Below, one piece after another: positions 1 through 8,791 of a DNA stretch of 40,706 nucleotides. The notes beneath the pieces are model-generated. The model did no database searches, was not told where the DNA came from, and saw only the letters and a program-made list of their open reading frames with translations. The stretch lies in contig JAYUUO010000112.1 in NCBI GenBank assembly GCA_043754515.1, positions 1 to 40,706 on the forward strand, read 5' to 3'. Source of the DNA: Armatimonadota bacterium. Its GTDB lineage: Bacteria > Armatimonadota > Armatimonadia > Armatimonadales > Armatimonadaceae. Made by a program: the position numbers and the translations under genes. Numbering within the stretch: position 1 is the stretch's first letter; each line of letters begins with the position of its first letter.

Positions 1-99
1 GCTTTGAGGGCCGATGGGTACTGTTTCCGGGTGCTTTTCATCATGGTTATCCACCTTAATAGAACCCGATTTTCTGTCTAAAATTATGGGACCATTATA
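1..99 (-). mobile_element. Left end of an IS3-family-like insertion sequence (terminal repeat plus start of transposase OrfA, running off the window)
   Basis: Minus strand from 99 reads TATAATGGTCCCATAATTTTAGACAG, resembling IS3-type terminal repeats. It is followed by AGGTGG and ATG at 44 giving MMKSTRKQYPSALK, like the RKQYS..FK start of IS3 OrfA. Only 14 codons are visible. Confidence 0.55.
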
Positions 100-206
100 C
101 CTCCACTGGCTCCGGGTTAGGGGGGTGGGAGTCCGAACGAGGCGGCTCCAGGCGTGGGAGTCCGACCAGCGCGGCAAACCCTCACCGCCCGGACTCCCCC
201 GACTCC

Positions 207-2111
207 TTACCGCTCCTCGATCCGCAACAGAAGCTCCGCGCTCCCCCAGGAATCGTCCGCCACCACCGCGCCGCCACCCCCGAGTGCCGCGCCCCGCCCC
301 CGGTCGGCTTGATTCAACCTCCCCGTGATCCGTGCCACAATCGCGCGGGCGAGGGCGGCGGGGTCGGCGTTCTGCTTTTTCGCTTCGGCGGCGGTCGCGG
401 GGAGCGTGATGCCGAGCGGGACGCGGGTGGCGATCACTTTCACCGTATCCAATCCAGCGGGCGCGGTCACGTCCACGGGCACCGGGAATGGCTGGCCCGC
501 CCTGACCGGCTGATCGGCAAGTCCGGTAATCGCGCCGTCCGCGCCGACGTCAATGATTGTCACATAAGCGTCGCGCTCCGCCGTGACGACATACTCGGTC
601 TTGTCGCCGATACGCGCGCTCTGGAAGCCCGCGACCCCGCCCCCGACGAGCGTCACCCGGAGCGCGTCACTACTCGGGTTCACTAGGTCCGCCAGCAAAC
701 GCCCCGCCTGCAAGCGGTTGAGTAGGCCGGGAATCGCAGACGCGGCGACCGGCGGTAACGCGACCGCGCCCCGGTACGGCGTGACGGTGCCGTTCCTGGC
801 GTCGAGCGAAACGTCCGCGCCGGTGCCCGTCTCCACGATCCGCGCGAACGGTAGGGCGGCGACCGTTGCGCGAATCCGGCCCGCTTCCGCGCCAGTCAGG
901 GCGACGCGCAAGGTGGCGTCCTCCTGTCCGTGCGCGATCTCGACATACGTCGTGCCGATTAAGACCGGGCCACGTACCACCGTGGCGGCCGCGATCAGCC
1001 CGGTCGTCGCGGTGACGCGGAGCAGGGGACGTTTGGCATCCGCCCCTGGCGTCGGTGCCCCGGAACGCTCGACCCACTCCTTCGTCCCGGTGCCGCCGAG
1101 CACGCTACCGGGCAGGAGCGCGGCACCACCGAGGGCGCGGATCGTCGCCGTCGTCCCGCTGACGGAGACGACTTCCGCCACCGCCGCCCGCCCGGTATTC
1201 GTAGCGGGCGGATCATCGTCGGCGAAGAACCGCGCCGTGTCCACGCCCGGCCCCGACACCTGCGGCTCTTGCGCGTCATCGCCGTACTTCTGGCGCAGGG
1301 CGTCGCGGACACGGCGCACGACCTCGATATAGGTTAGGCGGTTGGCGGCGTCGGCACGCAGTTCGCGAACGAGATAGAACGTCATCGCGCCCATCGTCGC
1401 CTGCTTCTCGGCTTCGTCGGCGGAAATGCCGAGTGGGAACGGCAGGAACGGGTCTTCGTGCGCCTTCTGATCGTTGCGGGCCGCGCCGATATACCGCTCC
1501 TGATGGGTACGGGTCGCTACATTGCCAGAGAATGTAGCGGCTACCCCGTCGCGGCGGGCGGGCGTGGTGCCGCCGAACGCGGACGCGGGAAGCGAGCGTT
1601 TGCGCCCACCGAGTATGTCGCGGCTACTGGCTCCCGAATGGCAGGCGTCCACGATTACGGTCACCCGGTCGGTTTTGAGGCGATCAATGCGTGCCCCTAT
1701 CTCGTAGCCGAAGACCAGTTGCGACCTTGTCAACGCGTCGTAGGGGCACAACGCGCCGTCGCTTTCGGGCGAGTTCGGCTTTTCGAGTAACACGCCGTGC
1801 CCACTATAGTAGAACAGCACCGAGTCGCCTGGCTTCGCCCGCTCGATCAGCCATTCCCACCCTGCGAGGATCTTCGCCCTGGTCGCGTCGCTGTCGAGCA
1901 GGACGCGGACGTTTTGCGCGGGCACGCCGTACTTGCCGACCAGCAGACTTCGCATCGCGGCGGTGTCGTTGGGTGCGCCGAACAGGACATTCTCCGGCGT
2001 CATGTTCGCCGCGACCCCGACGAGCAGGGCGTACTTCTGATGGGCTTGCGCGGCGGCGGGCGGCGCGAGCGCGGCGAGCAGGGCGGTGAGCGCGAGTAGT
2101 CGGGTTAGCAT
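207..2111 (-). CDS. Secreted caspase-like peptidase C14 with C-terminal DUF4384-like domain
   Basis: Signal peptide MLTRLLALTALLAALAPPAAAQA; YALLVG; catalytic YYSGHG and DACHSG; QEPQV; C-terminal IGDKTEYVVTAERDAYVTIIDVGADG...GLDTVKVIAT. Start placed at the ATG at 2111. Confidence 0.85.
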   Translation of the reverse strand: MLTRLLALTALLAALAPPAAAQAHQKYALLVGVAANMTPENVLFGAPNDTAAMRSLLVGKYGVPAQNVRVLLDSDATRAKILAGWEWLIERAKPGDSVLFYYSGHGVLLEKPNSPESDGALCPYDALTRSQLVFGYEIGARIDRLKTDRVTVIVDACHSGASSRDILGGRKRSLPASAFGGTTPARRDGVAATFSGNVATRTHQERYIGAARNDQKAHEDPFLPFPLGISADEAEKQATMGAMTFYLVRELRADAANRLTYIEVVRRVRDALRQKYGDDAQEPQVSGPGVDTARFFADDDPPATNTGRAAVAEVVSVSGTTATIRALGGAALLPGSVLGGTGTKEWVERSGAPTPGADAKRPLLRVTATTGLIAAATVVRGPVLIGTTYVEIAHGQEDATLRVALTGAEAGRIRATVAALPFARIVETGTGADVSLDARNGTVTPYRGAVALPPVAASAIPGLLNRLQAGRLLADLVNPSSDALRVTLVGGGVAGFQSARIGDKTEYVVTAERDAYVTIIDVGADGAITGLADQPVRAGQPFPVPVDVTAPAGLDTVKVIATRVPLGITLPATAAEAKKQNADPAALARAIVARITGRLNQADRGRGAALGGGGAVVADDSWGSAELLLRIEER

Positions 2112-2386
2112 TACGGGTAGGTCTCCGGTTTTTCGTCGGTTGCTGGTTGGCGAGGGATCGCGGCGCGAGCACCGCAATCCCCCGCCATTCCTAGCAGTAT
2201 ACCTCCCGAACGCTTACTTGCGGCGGATCATTCGTGCGTGGTGGGGCAGGGGAGTCGTTCCGCCGGTGTCGGGTGCGGGGAACGTCGCTCCCCGCACTGC
2301 CGATCACGGTGCCGAGTCGCGACGCTGGCTCGAGAACGCCTCTGCCGCGCGAAACCCTTCGCCCGCGCGGAGGCCTCGATCAGTAA

Positions 2387-3034
2387 CTACTTCGTCAAAC
2401 GGTTCAGCGCGGCGCGGAGCAGATCGGCGAACTTGGGGAGCGGCGCGCCCGCGCCCGCGTCGGAGTTCTTCTCCGCCAGCGCGCCGTCCGCCGCGCGGGT
2501 CGCCTCCGCTTTGTTGTAGCCGAGGTTCATGAGCGCGGATGTTACGTCTTCGAGCAGTTCCGTCCTCTCGTCGCGCTTCGACTGCACCTTCGTGGACGCC
2601 GCTATCTTGTCTACAACCCGCTCGAATCCGAGCGAGGACATCTTTTCCTTGAGTTCCAGCACCATGCGTTGCGAGGTTTTCGGCCCGATGCCGGGGACGC
2701 GCGTGATCGAGCGCACGTCGTCGGTCGCGACCGCTTGGGCGAGCTGCGCCGCCGTGAGCGCGGACAGGAGCGCAAGCCCCGCCTTCGGTCCCACGCCCGT
2801 CACGGTCAGGCATAGCTCGAAGACGCGCTGATCCGTTTCGTCGGCGAATCCGAATAGCGAAATGTCGTCCTCGCGCACCTGCGTATGGATGTGGAGCGTG
2901 ACCGGGGAGCCGTCCTCGGGCAACATCTCGACTACGGAAACCGGCACGAAAACTTTGTAGCCGACGCCGTTCACGTCGAGGATGACGAAACCGGCGGCGG
3001 ATTTTGCGACAACGCCGCGAAGAAGAGCGATCAT
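2387..3034 (-). CDS. ruvA: Holliday junction branch migration protein RuvA
   Basis: MIALLRG, DVNGVGY, VREDDISLFGF, HhH motifs GVGPK and VPGIGPKT, SALMNLGY. Confidence 0.97.
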   Translation of the reverse strand: MIALLRGVVAKSAAGFVILDVNGVGYKVFVPVSVVEMLPEDGSPVTLHIHTQVREDDISLFGFADETDQRVFELCLTVTGVGPKAGLALLSALTAAQLAQAVATDDVRSITRVPGIGPKTSQRMVLELKEKMSSLGFERVVDKIAASTKVQSKRDERTELLEDVTSALMNLGYNKAEATRAADGALAEKNSDAGAGAPLPKFADLLRAALNRLTK

Positions 3035-3084
3035 AGTTAGACAGTATCATACCGCCTCCGACGGCGGGCGTCCGCACGGCCTTC

Positions 3085-3124
3085 TGCGAAACCCGCCCTT
3101 CGCATGCGAAACCCGCCCTTCGCA
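3085..3124. repeat. Exact 20-bp tandem duplication TGCGAAACCCGCCCTTCGCA x2
   Basis: Units at 3085-3104 and 3105-3124; each unit has self-complementary ends TGCGAA/TTCGCA. Confidence 0.9.
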
Positions 3125-3408
3125 CGAATAGGGCGGTTGCATAGACAAGGCATGGCGATTGCATCATAGTCATATTGCTAGATTCCGACTTGTTAGCGGG
3201 CGGCGGACGGCTCGCCGTTCCCACCCGCCAGCGGGTACCCAGTCGCGGGGTCGCGTCGGAACGGCTCGCCGTTCGCACCGCCTGCCCCCCGCCCCGAAAC
3301 GCGCTACCGGTTCCCACGCCCTGCCCTGAGTACTCGCAAATGGGGCGACCGGCAGGATAGCGCGCTGACGGCGAGGAATCTATGACATAAGGAGTTTCAT
3401 CCACAAAA

Positions 3409-5550
3409 ATGTCCAGACGACTTCTCACCGCCTCTGCCGCCGCAATCATGTCTCTTTCAATGCTCGCCGCCGGTTGTGCCGTCATCGCGCCACACGGCGG
3501 AGTCAACAGCGTTGCATTGCCCGATGCCCGCTCGGCCACCTACTCCGCCGCGACAGTGCCTGCCCCATCCGCCGACGATGCGCCGAGGGCCGACGCTAAC
3601 CGGCCCAAACCGAAGCCGTTCGGGGTGGTTATCGCCTACCCGGTCGTTGAAGAAGGAGCGAGCGCGGAGGCACGTGACCTTGCCGCGGGCATCGGCTGGT
3701 ACATGGCAGATGCCGTGGCGGGCGCGCCCGAACTCGGCCAGTCGCCACTGCGCACCACGGTCGCTCAGGCGGCGCGTTCGCGGGCGATGCCTTCGCTCCA
3801 TCTGTCGGCAGACCAAGCCTAGCGCGTCGCGCGCGCCTGCGGCGCGACGCACTACGCGGTGGGTAGTTTCTCGGTGGAGGGGGGGACATCGCGTCTGTCG
3901 TACGAGTTGCGTTCCGTTGCTCCGGGCGGGAAGATCACGGAGCCGCTTATCACCATCAACAGTGCCGCGTTCGGGCCGGACATGCTGATCACCAAGCTTC
4001 CGGGGATCGCGGAAAAACTCCGCTCCGCGTTGCTGTCGAAACCATCGGTCGTCACCGCGCCGCCTCTCGCGGGGGGCAGTATAGACACGTTGACCAGGAT
4101 CGGCGCGTGCGCGGACACCACCGACTATTCGCCGGAGCAGCTATCGTTCCTGCTCAAGGAGGGCAAGCAGACACCACTCGCCGCCGAACTCGCTCTGTCC
4201 ATCGCGAGGCTACGCGCCGACCCGGATCAGGCCGCGCCCTACACCCGGCTGTTGCTCCGGTCCATGCCGCGTAACACGCAGACCCTGGGGATGATAGGCT
4301 ATGCGGTGCCCATAGCGATTAAACTCGACGCGGCTCGTGTCTACGCGCTCTCGGAGCAGTACAAGGATAACTACGTGCTCGCTAGCGCGGCGACATGGGT
4401 TGCCCGCGCGAATGGCGATTGGTCGAATGACCTTAAGTTTAGTGGTCGGTGCGCCAAAAATGCGCCTGCAAATCCCGATGCTCTCCTCACCGCTGCATCG
4501 AGTCTATCCGCCGAAGCGGAACGGCTCCGGAAGTCGCGACAGTCCAACGACATGGACGCGACGACGGCGGCGCGGGTAGAACCGATCTACGCCGAGTGGT
4601 ATCGTTTGACGCGGGCGGCGACCCGATCTGATCCGATGTACGGCAGGGCGTATTTGCGGCTGGCCACCGCCGCGACGTTCGCGGGCGACGAGACCGAAGC
4701 GGACGCCGCGATGACGATGGCCCGTAAACGGTTCGCGGAGTCGCCCTATGAAACGTACTTCTGGGCACTGGAGATGTACCAGCCGAAATGGGGCGGTGAT
4801 CCGGCACGGTTGACCGAGGTCGCCCGCGAGGCGGCGGACGCCCTGTACAAGCACCCGCAGGACGCGGTGGCCATCTACAAAAGACTGGGTGTACTGAAGC
4901 TGACGTCGGAGCAGAAGCATATGGGTGACCGGATTTATACCGAGTCTACGGCGGCTATCGCGAAGAATCCGGACGACAACTTCGCCCACTACCTGCGCGG
5001 CTGGGTCCTGAGTCAGCGCGGCGATGTCGCCGGGGCAACGGCGGATTTCGAGGTGAACGTGCGCATCCTCCCCAAAGACGCGGCGGTACACTTCGAGCTG
5101 GGGCGCAATTACACCGACATCCAGCAGTTCTCGAAGGCGGAGACGGCGTTCCGCGAGGCGGACACGCTTCGTCCACATAACGCGGAGACGCTTTATTACA
5201 TCGGCTACTGTCTGAAGCGGAACAACAAACTTCCCGAGGCGGAAAAGTACCTGCGCAAATCTCTCGCCCTGTCGCCGGAGTACGCCCCCGCGCTGGCGTC
5301 ACTCGGAACAATATATGGAATGGAGAGCCGTGATGCCGACGCGATCTCATGCTACGAGAAGGCACTACATCTGGCTCCCTTCCTGCCGGAGGCGAACGTC
5401 AACCTCGCCGCGTGCTACACCAGCGTCGGGCGACCCCAGGATGCGATCAATCTGGGAGAACGGTTTCTGCGCTACTTCCCCGGAGACGCGAACATGCAAC
5501 GCGTCCTCGACGAAGCGCGGGTGAGCCTCGTGGGCAATAAGAAGCCGTGA
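3409..5550 (+). pseudogene. TPR-repeat lipoprotein interrupted by one in-frame TAG (3820-3822)
   Basis: Lipobox MLAAGC. ORFs 3409-3822 and 3859-5550 share a frame (DQA*RVARACGATHYAVGSF). C-terminal TPR repeats (FAHYLRG, AVHFELG, TLYYIGY, ALASLG, ANVNLA). Confidence 0.75.
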
Positions 5551-5742
5551 TGACGTGGTGGGGTTCGTGAACGTCGTCCGCGGACACCTTGCGGGGGTAG
5601 GGCCCGACCAGCGAACCCAACCCCCGCGGGTGTCCAGGCGTTCTGAGTTAGGACGGAGGGAGTTCGCCCCACAAGAGTGGCATCCCACTCCTTCCGGGCG
5701 GGTGAGGCCGCGTGCGCCGTGGTATATTGTCTCCAACTCATT

Positions 5743-5901
5743 ATGCGCACCGCCGACACTGCCGCCCAGACCATCGTTATCGCCACGCCGTTCGCGTCCG
5801 CGACGTTCGGTGCCGGGTCGTTTCGGCTGGGGTACGCGTTCGCCGCCGGTTTTTATTACCGCTGGCGGGCACGGACTCCGGGCGCGGGACGAATCCCTTA
5901 G
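5743..5901 (+). CDS. Putative aromatic-amino-acid leader peptide (52 aa)
   Basis: MRTADTAAQTIVIATPFASATFGAGSFRLGYAFAAGFYYRWRARTPGAGRIP: 5 F, 3 Y, 1 W. It follows a TGG-TATATT -10 (5723-5728) and precedes a terminator and the DAHP synthase. Confidence 0.7.
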   Translation: MRTADTAAQTIVIATPFASATFGAGSFRLGYAFAAGFYYRWRARTPGAGRIP

Positions 5902-5935
5902 CAAAGCCGCTACAAGGCGGAACATCAGCCGAGAC

Positions 5936-5975
5936 AAACCTGCCCCGATTTCTTTAAGAATGGGCGGGTTTTTTT
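5936..5975 (+). terminator. Intrinsic terminator (attenuator) upstream of DAHP synthase
   Basis: Stem AAACCTGCCC...GGGCGGGTTT running into a T7 tract, between the leader ORF and the gene. Confidence 0.8.
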
Positions 5976-6021
5976 ATGCGTGAGATCGAACGCTTTATCC
6001 TTTGAGGAGACGATACCGACC

Positions 6022-7170
6022 GTGAACAGAACACAAGCCACCATAGCCGAACCGATGCCTTCGGGATCCGGCGCGACCGACGAGGACGCGAGTCTGTCCG
6101 GCGCGTTGCCGCTCCCGACGCCGCGCGAGCTGCTCGCGATGTACCCGCCGACCGACGCCGCGCGCGAAACCGTGGAGCGCGGGCGGGCCGACATCCGGCG
6201 CATCCTGCGCGGCGCGGACGAGCGGCTACTGGTGATCGTCGGGCCTTGCTCGATCCACGCACCGGACGAGGGCCTAGAGTATGCCCAGAAACTCGCCGCC
6301 CTGAACCGCGAACTCGGTGACCGGCTTTGCATCGTGATGCGGGTGTATGTCGAGAAGCCGCGCACCACAGTCGGGTGGCGCGGGTTGCTGAACGATCCGC
6401 GCATGGACGGTTCGTTCGACATGGCGGAAGGCTTACGTGTCGTGCGCCACCTGTTCACCACGGTCTCCGAGTGGGGTTTGCCAGTCGCGACCGAGCCGCT
6501 CGACCCGCTCGCGCCCGCCTTTTTAGGCGACCTGATCGCGTTCGCCGGGATCGGCGCGCGCACCACCGAGTCCCAGCCGCACCGGGCGATGGCGTCAGGA
6601 ATGCCCTATCCCGTAGGCTTCAAGAACGGTACCGGGGGCAGCACCCAGGTGGCGGTGGAGGCGATGCTGTCGGCGCGGGGCCGACATTCGTTCTTCTCCA
6701 TTGACGACGCCGGACGCTGTTGCCTGAAGCGCACGGAGGGCAACCCAGACACGGTGCTGATCCTGCGCGGGGGTAGGGTGGTGGACTCGCAGTCCGGGCC
6801 GAAGGGGCGGTATGTCGGCAACTACGACTTCGCGTCCGTGACGGCGGCGGGCCGCGAACTGACGGAGGGGGGGCTGCCAGCGGCTATGGTGGTGGACTGC
6901 TCGCACGCGAACTCGGCGTACGACCCGCGAAACCAGTTGGTGGTCTGCGAGTCGGTCGCGCGTCAGCGGGCGGAGAACCGTGAGGCGCACGTCACCGGGG
7001 CGGGTCGCATCGTCGGCGTGATGCTCGAATCGTACCTGGAATCCGGGAAACAGAAGGTGCCGGATAACCCGGCGGAACTGTCGCAACTGCGGCGCGGTGT
7101 GTCGGTCACGGACGCTTGTTTGAACTGGTCGGACACGGAGTCGCTCCTGCGCCGCCTCGCGGGGGAATGA
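6022..7170 (+). CDS. 3-deoxy-7-phosphoheptulonate (DAHP) synthase, class I-alpha
   Basis: VIVGPCSIH, MRVYVEKPRTTVGWRGL, IGARTTESQPHR, VGFKNGT, VDCSHANS, GVSVTDAC. The GTG at 6022 follows GAGGAG; exact start uncertain. AroF/G/H isozyme not assignable. Confidence 0.95.
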   Translation: MNRTQATIAEPMPSGSGATDEDASLSGALPLPTPRELLAMYPPTDAARETVERGRADIRRILRGADERLLVIVGPCSIHAPDEGLEYAQKLAALNRELGDRLCIVMRVYVEKPRTTVGWRGLLNDPRMDGSFDMAEGLRVVRHLFTTVSEWGLPVATEPLDPLAPAFLGDLIAFAGIGARTTESQPHRAMASGMPYPVGFKNGTGGSTQVAVEAMLSARGRHSFFSIDDAGRCCLKRTEGNPDTVLILRGGRVVDSQSGPKGRYVGNYDFASVTAAGRELTEGGLPAAMVVDCSHANSAYDPRNQLVVCESVARQRAENREAHVTGAGRIVGVMLESYLESGKQKVPDNPAELSQLRRGVSVTDACLNWSDTESLLRRLAGE

Positions 7171-7171
7171 A

Positions 7172-7591
7172 ATGACTACTTTATTCTTAGCGTGGCAGGA
7201 TGCGGAGACCCGACGCTGATTCACCATCGGACGCCTATCGCGTGAGGGAAATTAGTTCCTTTTCGTTTACACGAACGGGGTCAGGGACGCTGTCAAGAAG
7301 ACCGGGTTCAAGCCGCTTGTGTCATTCCCCGATTTCGAGACGGAGTACCGCTCCGTCGCTCTCTTCCCGCTCTTCGCGAACCGTGTCATGCCGCATAGTC
7401 GCCCCGACTACCCTGACTACGTAAGATGGCTTCAACTGGAAAGCCGACAGAAAGACCCGATGGCCTTCCTCGCGAATAGCGGGGGGCGGAGGGCAACGGA
7501 CACCCTTGAGGTCATCTCGACGCCAACCCTGTGTACTATAGACTTCAAGCAGGGGGCGCATATCGTCCCCTGCTCGTCGGAAATATTTTAA
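7172..7591 (+). pseudogene. Truncated remnant of a HipA-N/HIRAN-associated protein
   Basis: MTTLFLAWQDAETRR*FTIGRLSREGN*FLFVYTNG...LFPLFANRVMPHSRPDYPDYVRWL...SGGRRATDTLEV. Stops at 7217-7219 (TGA where W is expected) and 7253-7255 (TAG). C-terminal half missing. Confidence 0.65.
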
Positions 7592-7653
7592 CCGCTCAGC
7601 GGACCGATCTGATCCCGTCTCGTTTCCGCCCCCCTCGCGGTACAATGAGTGGC

Positions 7654-8787
7654 GTGAGCATGCCGCGTGTCCCCCCGATTTTCCACCGTCATGCCGGTGA
7701 TTACCTGTCCGCCGAGGAGTGGGGCGACCTGCTCCGCGCCGACGAGCGCGTGGCACGGGTGCTGGGCGCGGAGCCGTTGCCGGACGCGCGGTATCTATTG
7801 CGCGGCTCGTTCTCGACGCGCGTCGGCTCTGCCTTCCCCGATCCGGGTCTCTCTATGCCGAAAGATGCCGACACTCCCGTGGCACGCGGGGAGGGCGAAC
7901 GCGAGTCTCCGGGCGATAAGGACGGTGAGGCGGGGGTGGGCTTGGCGGTCGCCGACTTCGCCGTACGGCTGACTCCGGGGCCGGACGCGCCGCGAACCGC
8001 AGGCGAACTGCTTCCTTATTTTTCGCCCGATGTCCGCGCCCGGCTTGACTTCCCGCGCTTGCTGTTCACCATCCCATCCCGGCGCGGCGGGGAACGGGTG
8101 TTGTCGGCTGGTGACGCGCCCGCGAACGCCCGCGTCCTCGCGGTGACTCTGGTCTGGTCGCTCCCTGATTTGCTCTCCATCGGGAGCGAGCGCGAGGCGA
8201 CGGGCGACCTGCACCGGTTCGCGATCGAGGTGGGGCGGCTGGGCGTGGGCATCGGGATGACGGCGACCGCGCTGACCGACCCCGGCGACGCGGCGCGGCG
8301 GGCGGTGGGTCTGCGCGCCCTGTTGCGCAAGGTGGGTGGGCAGAGCGAACTGCGCCTGCTGTCCGGCTCCGGCTCGTTCGCGTCGCGCGACGTCTGGCGG
8401 GCGGTCTACAGCCTCGGCTTGATCTGGGGCAATCTCGACCTGTTCCACTTCGACGGTGGCACGGGGACGTCGCGCTTCCGTGTGCTGTCGTCCGGGAATC
8501 CGCCCTACTTCCTGCCCGAGCGGGCCGCGGAAGGGGAGCGTGTTCCCGGCATCGTTCTCGAATACGACTTGCCCCGCTCGCCCGACCCGCTCGCCGCGCT
8601 TGACCAGATGGCAATCGCCCTTTCGTATCTGCGTGTTACGCTCGGCGGACACCCGGTGACGCGGCGTGGCACGGATCTGGACGCGGAGACGCTCGATGCG
8701 GAGCGCGACGCCCTCGAAGCCGCGGTACAAGCCATGACCAACGCCGGAATCGCGCCGGGTTCGGACGCGGCGGCGCGGTTCTTCTGA
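7654..8787 (+). CDS. Protein with C-terminal ZipA-C (FtsZ-binding)-like domain
   Basis: GLIWGNLDLFH...PPYF...VPGIVLEYDLPRSPDPLAALDQMAIALSYLRVTLGG resembles ZipA-C; tail GIAPGSDAAARFF. Start is GTG 7654 or ATG 7660, after TACAAT at 7641-7646. Confidence 0.6.
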   Translation: MSMPRVPPIFHRHAGDYLSAEEWGDLLRADERVARVLGAEPLPDARYLLRGSFSTRVGSAFPDPGLSMPKDADTPVARGEGERESPGDKDGEAGVGLAVADFAVRLTPGPDAPRTAGELLPYFSPDVRARLDFPRLLFTIPSRRGGERVLSAGDAPANARVLAVTLVWSLPDLLSIGSEREATGDLHRFAIEVGRLGVGIGMTATALTDPGDAARRAVGLRALLRKVGGQSELRLLSGSGSFASRDVWRAVYSLGLIWGNLDLFHFDGGTGTSRFRVLSSGNPPYFLPERAAEGERVPGIVLEYDLPRSPDPLAALDQMAIALSYLRVTLGGHPVTRRGTDLDAETLDAERDALEAAVQAMTNAGIAPGSDAAARFF

Positions 8788-8791
8788 CCTT

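Noticed and set aside
120..3320. Short intergenic repeats (GGGAGTCCG near 126-195; ACGGCTCGCCGTTC twice near 3207 and 3261)
   Set aside because: Probably degenerate REP-like sequences; too few and irregular to call an array or ncRNA
2304..3539. 411-aa ORF overlapping ruvA, and similar long shadow ORFs throughout
   Set aside because: Arg/Pro-rich alternative-frame or antisense ORFs typical of high-GC DNA, overlapping well-supported genes
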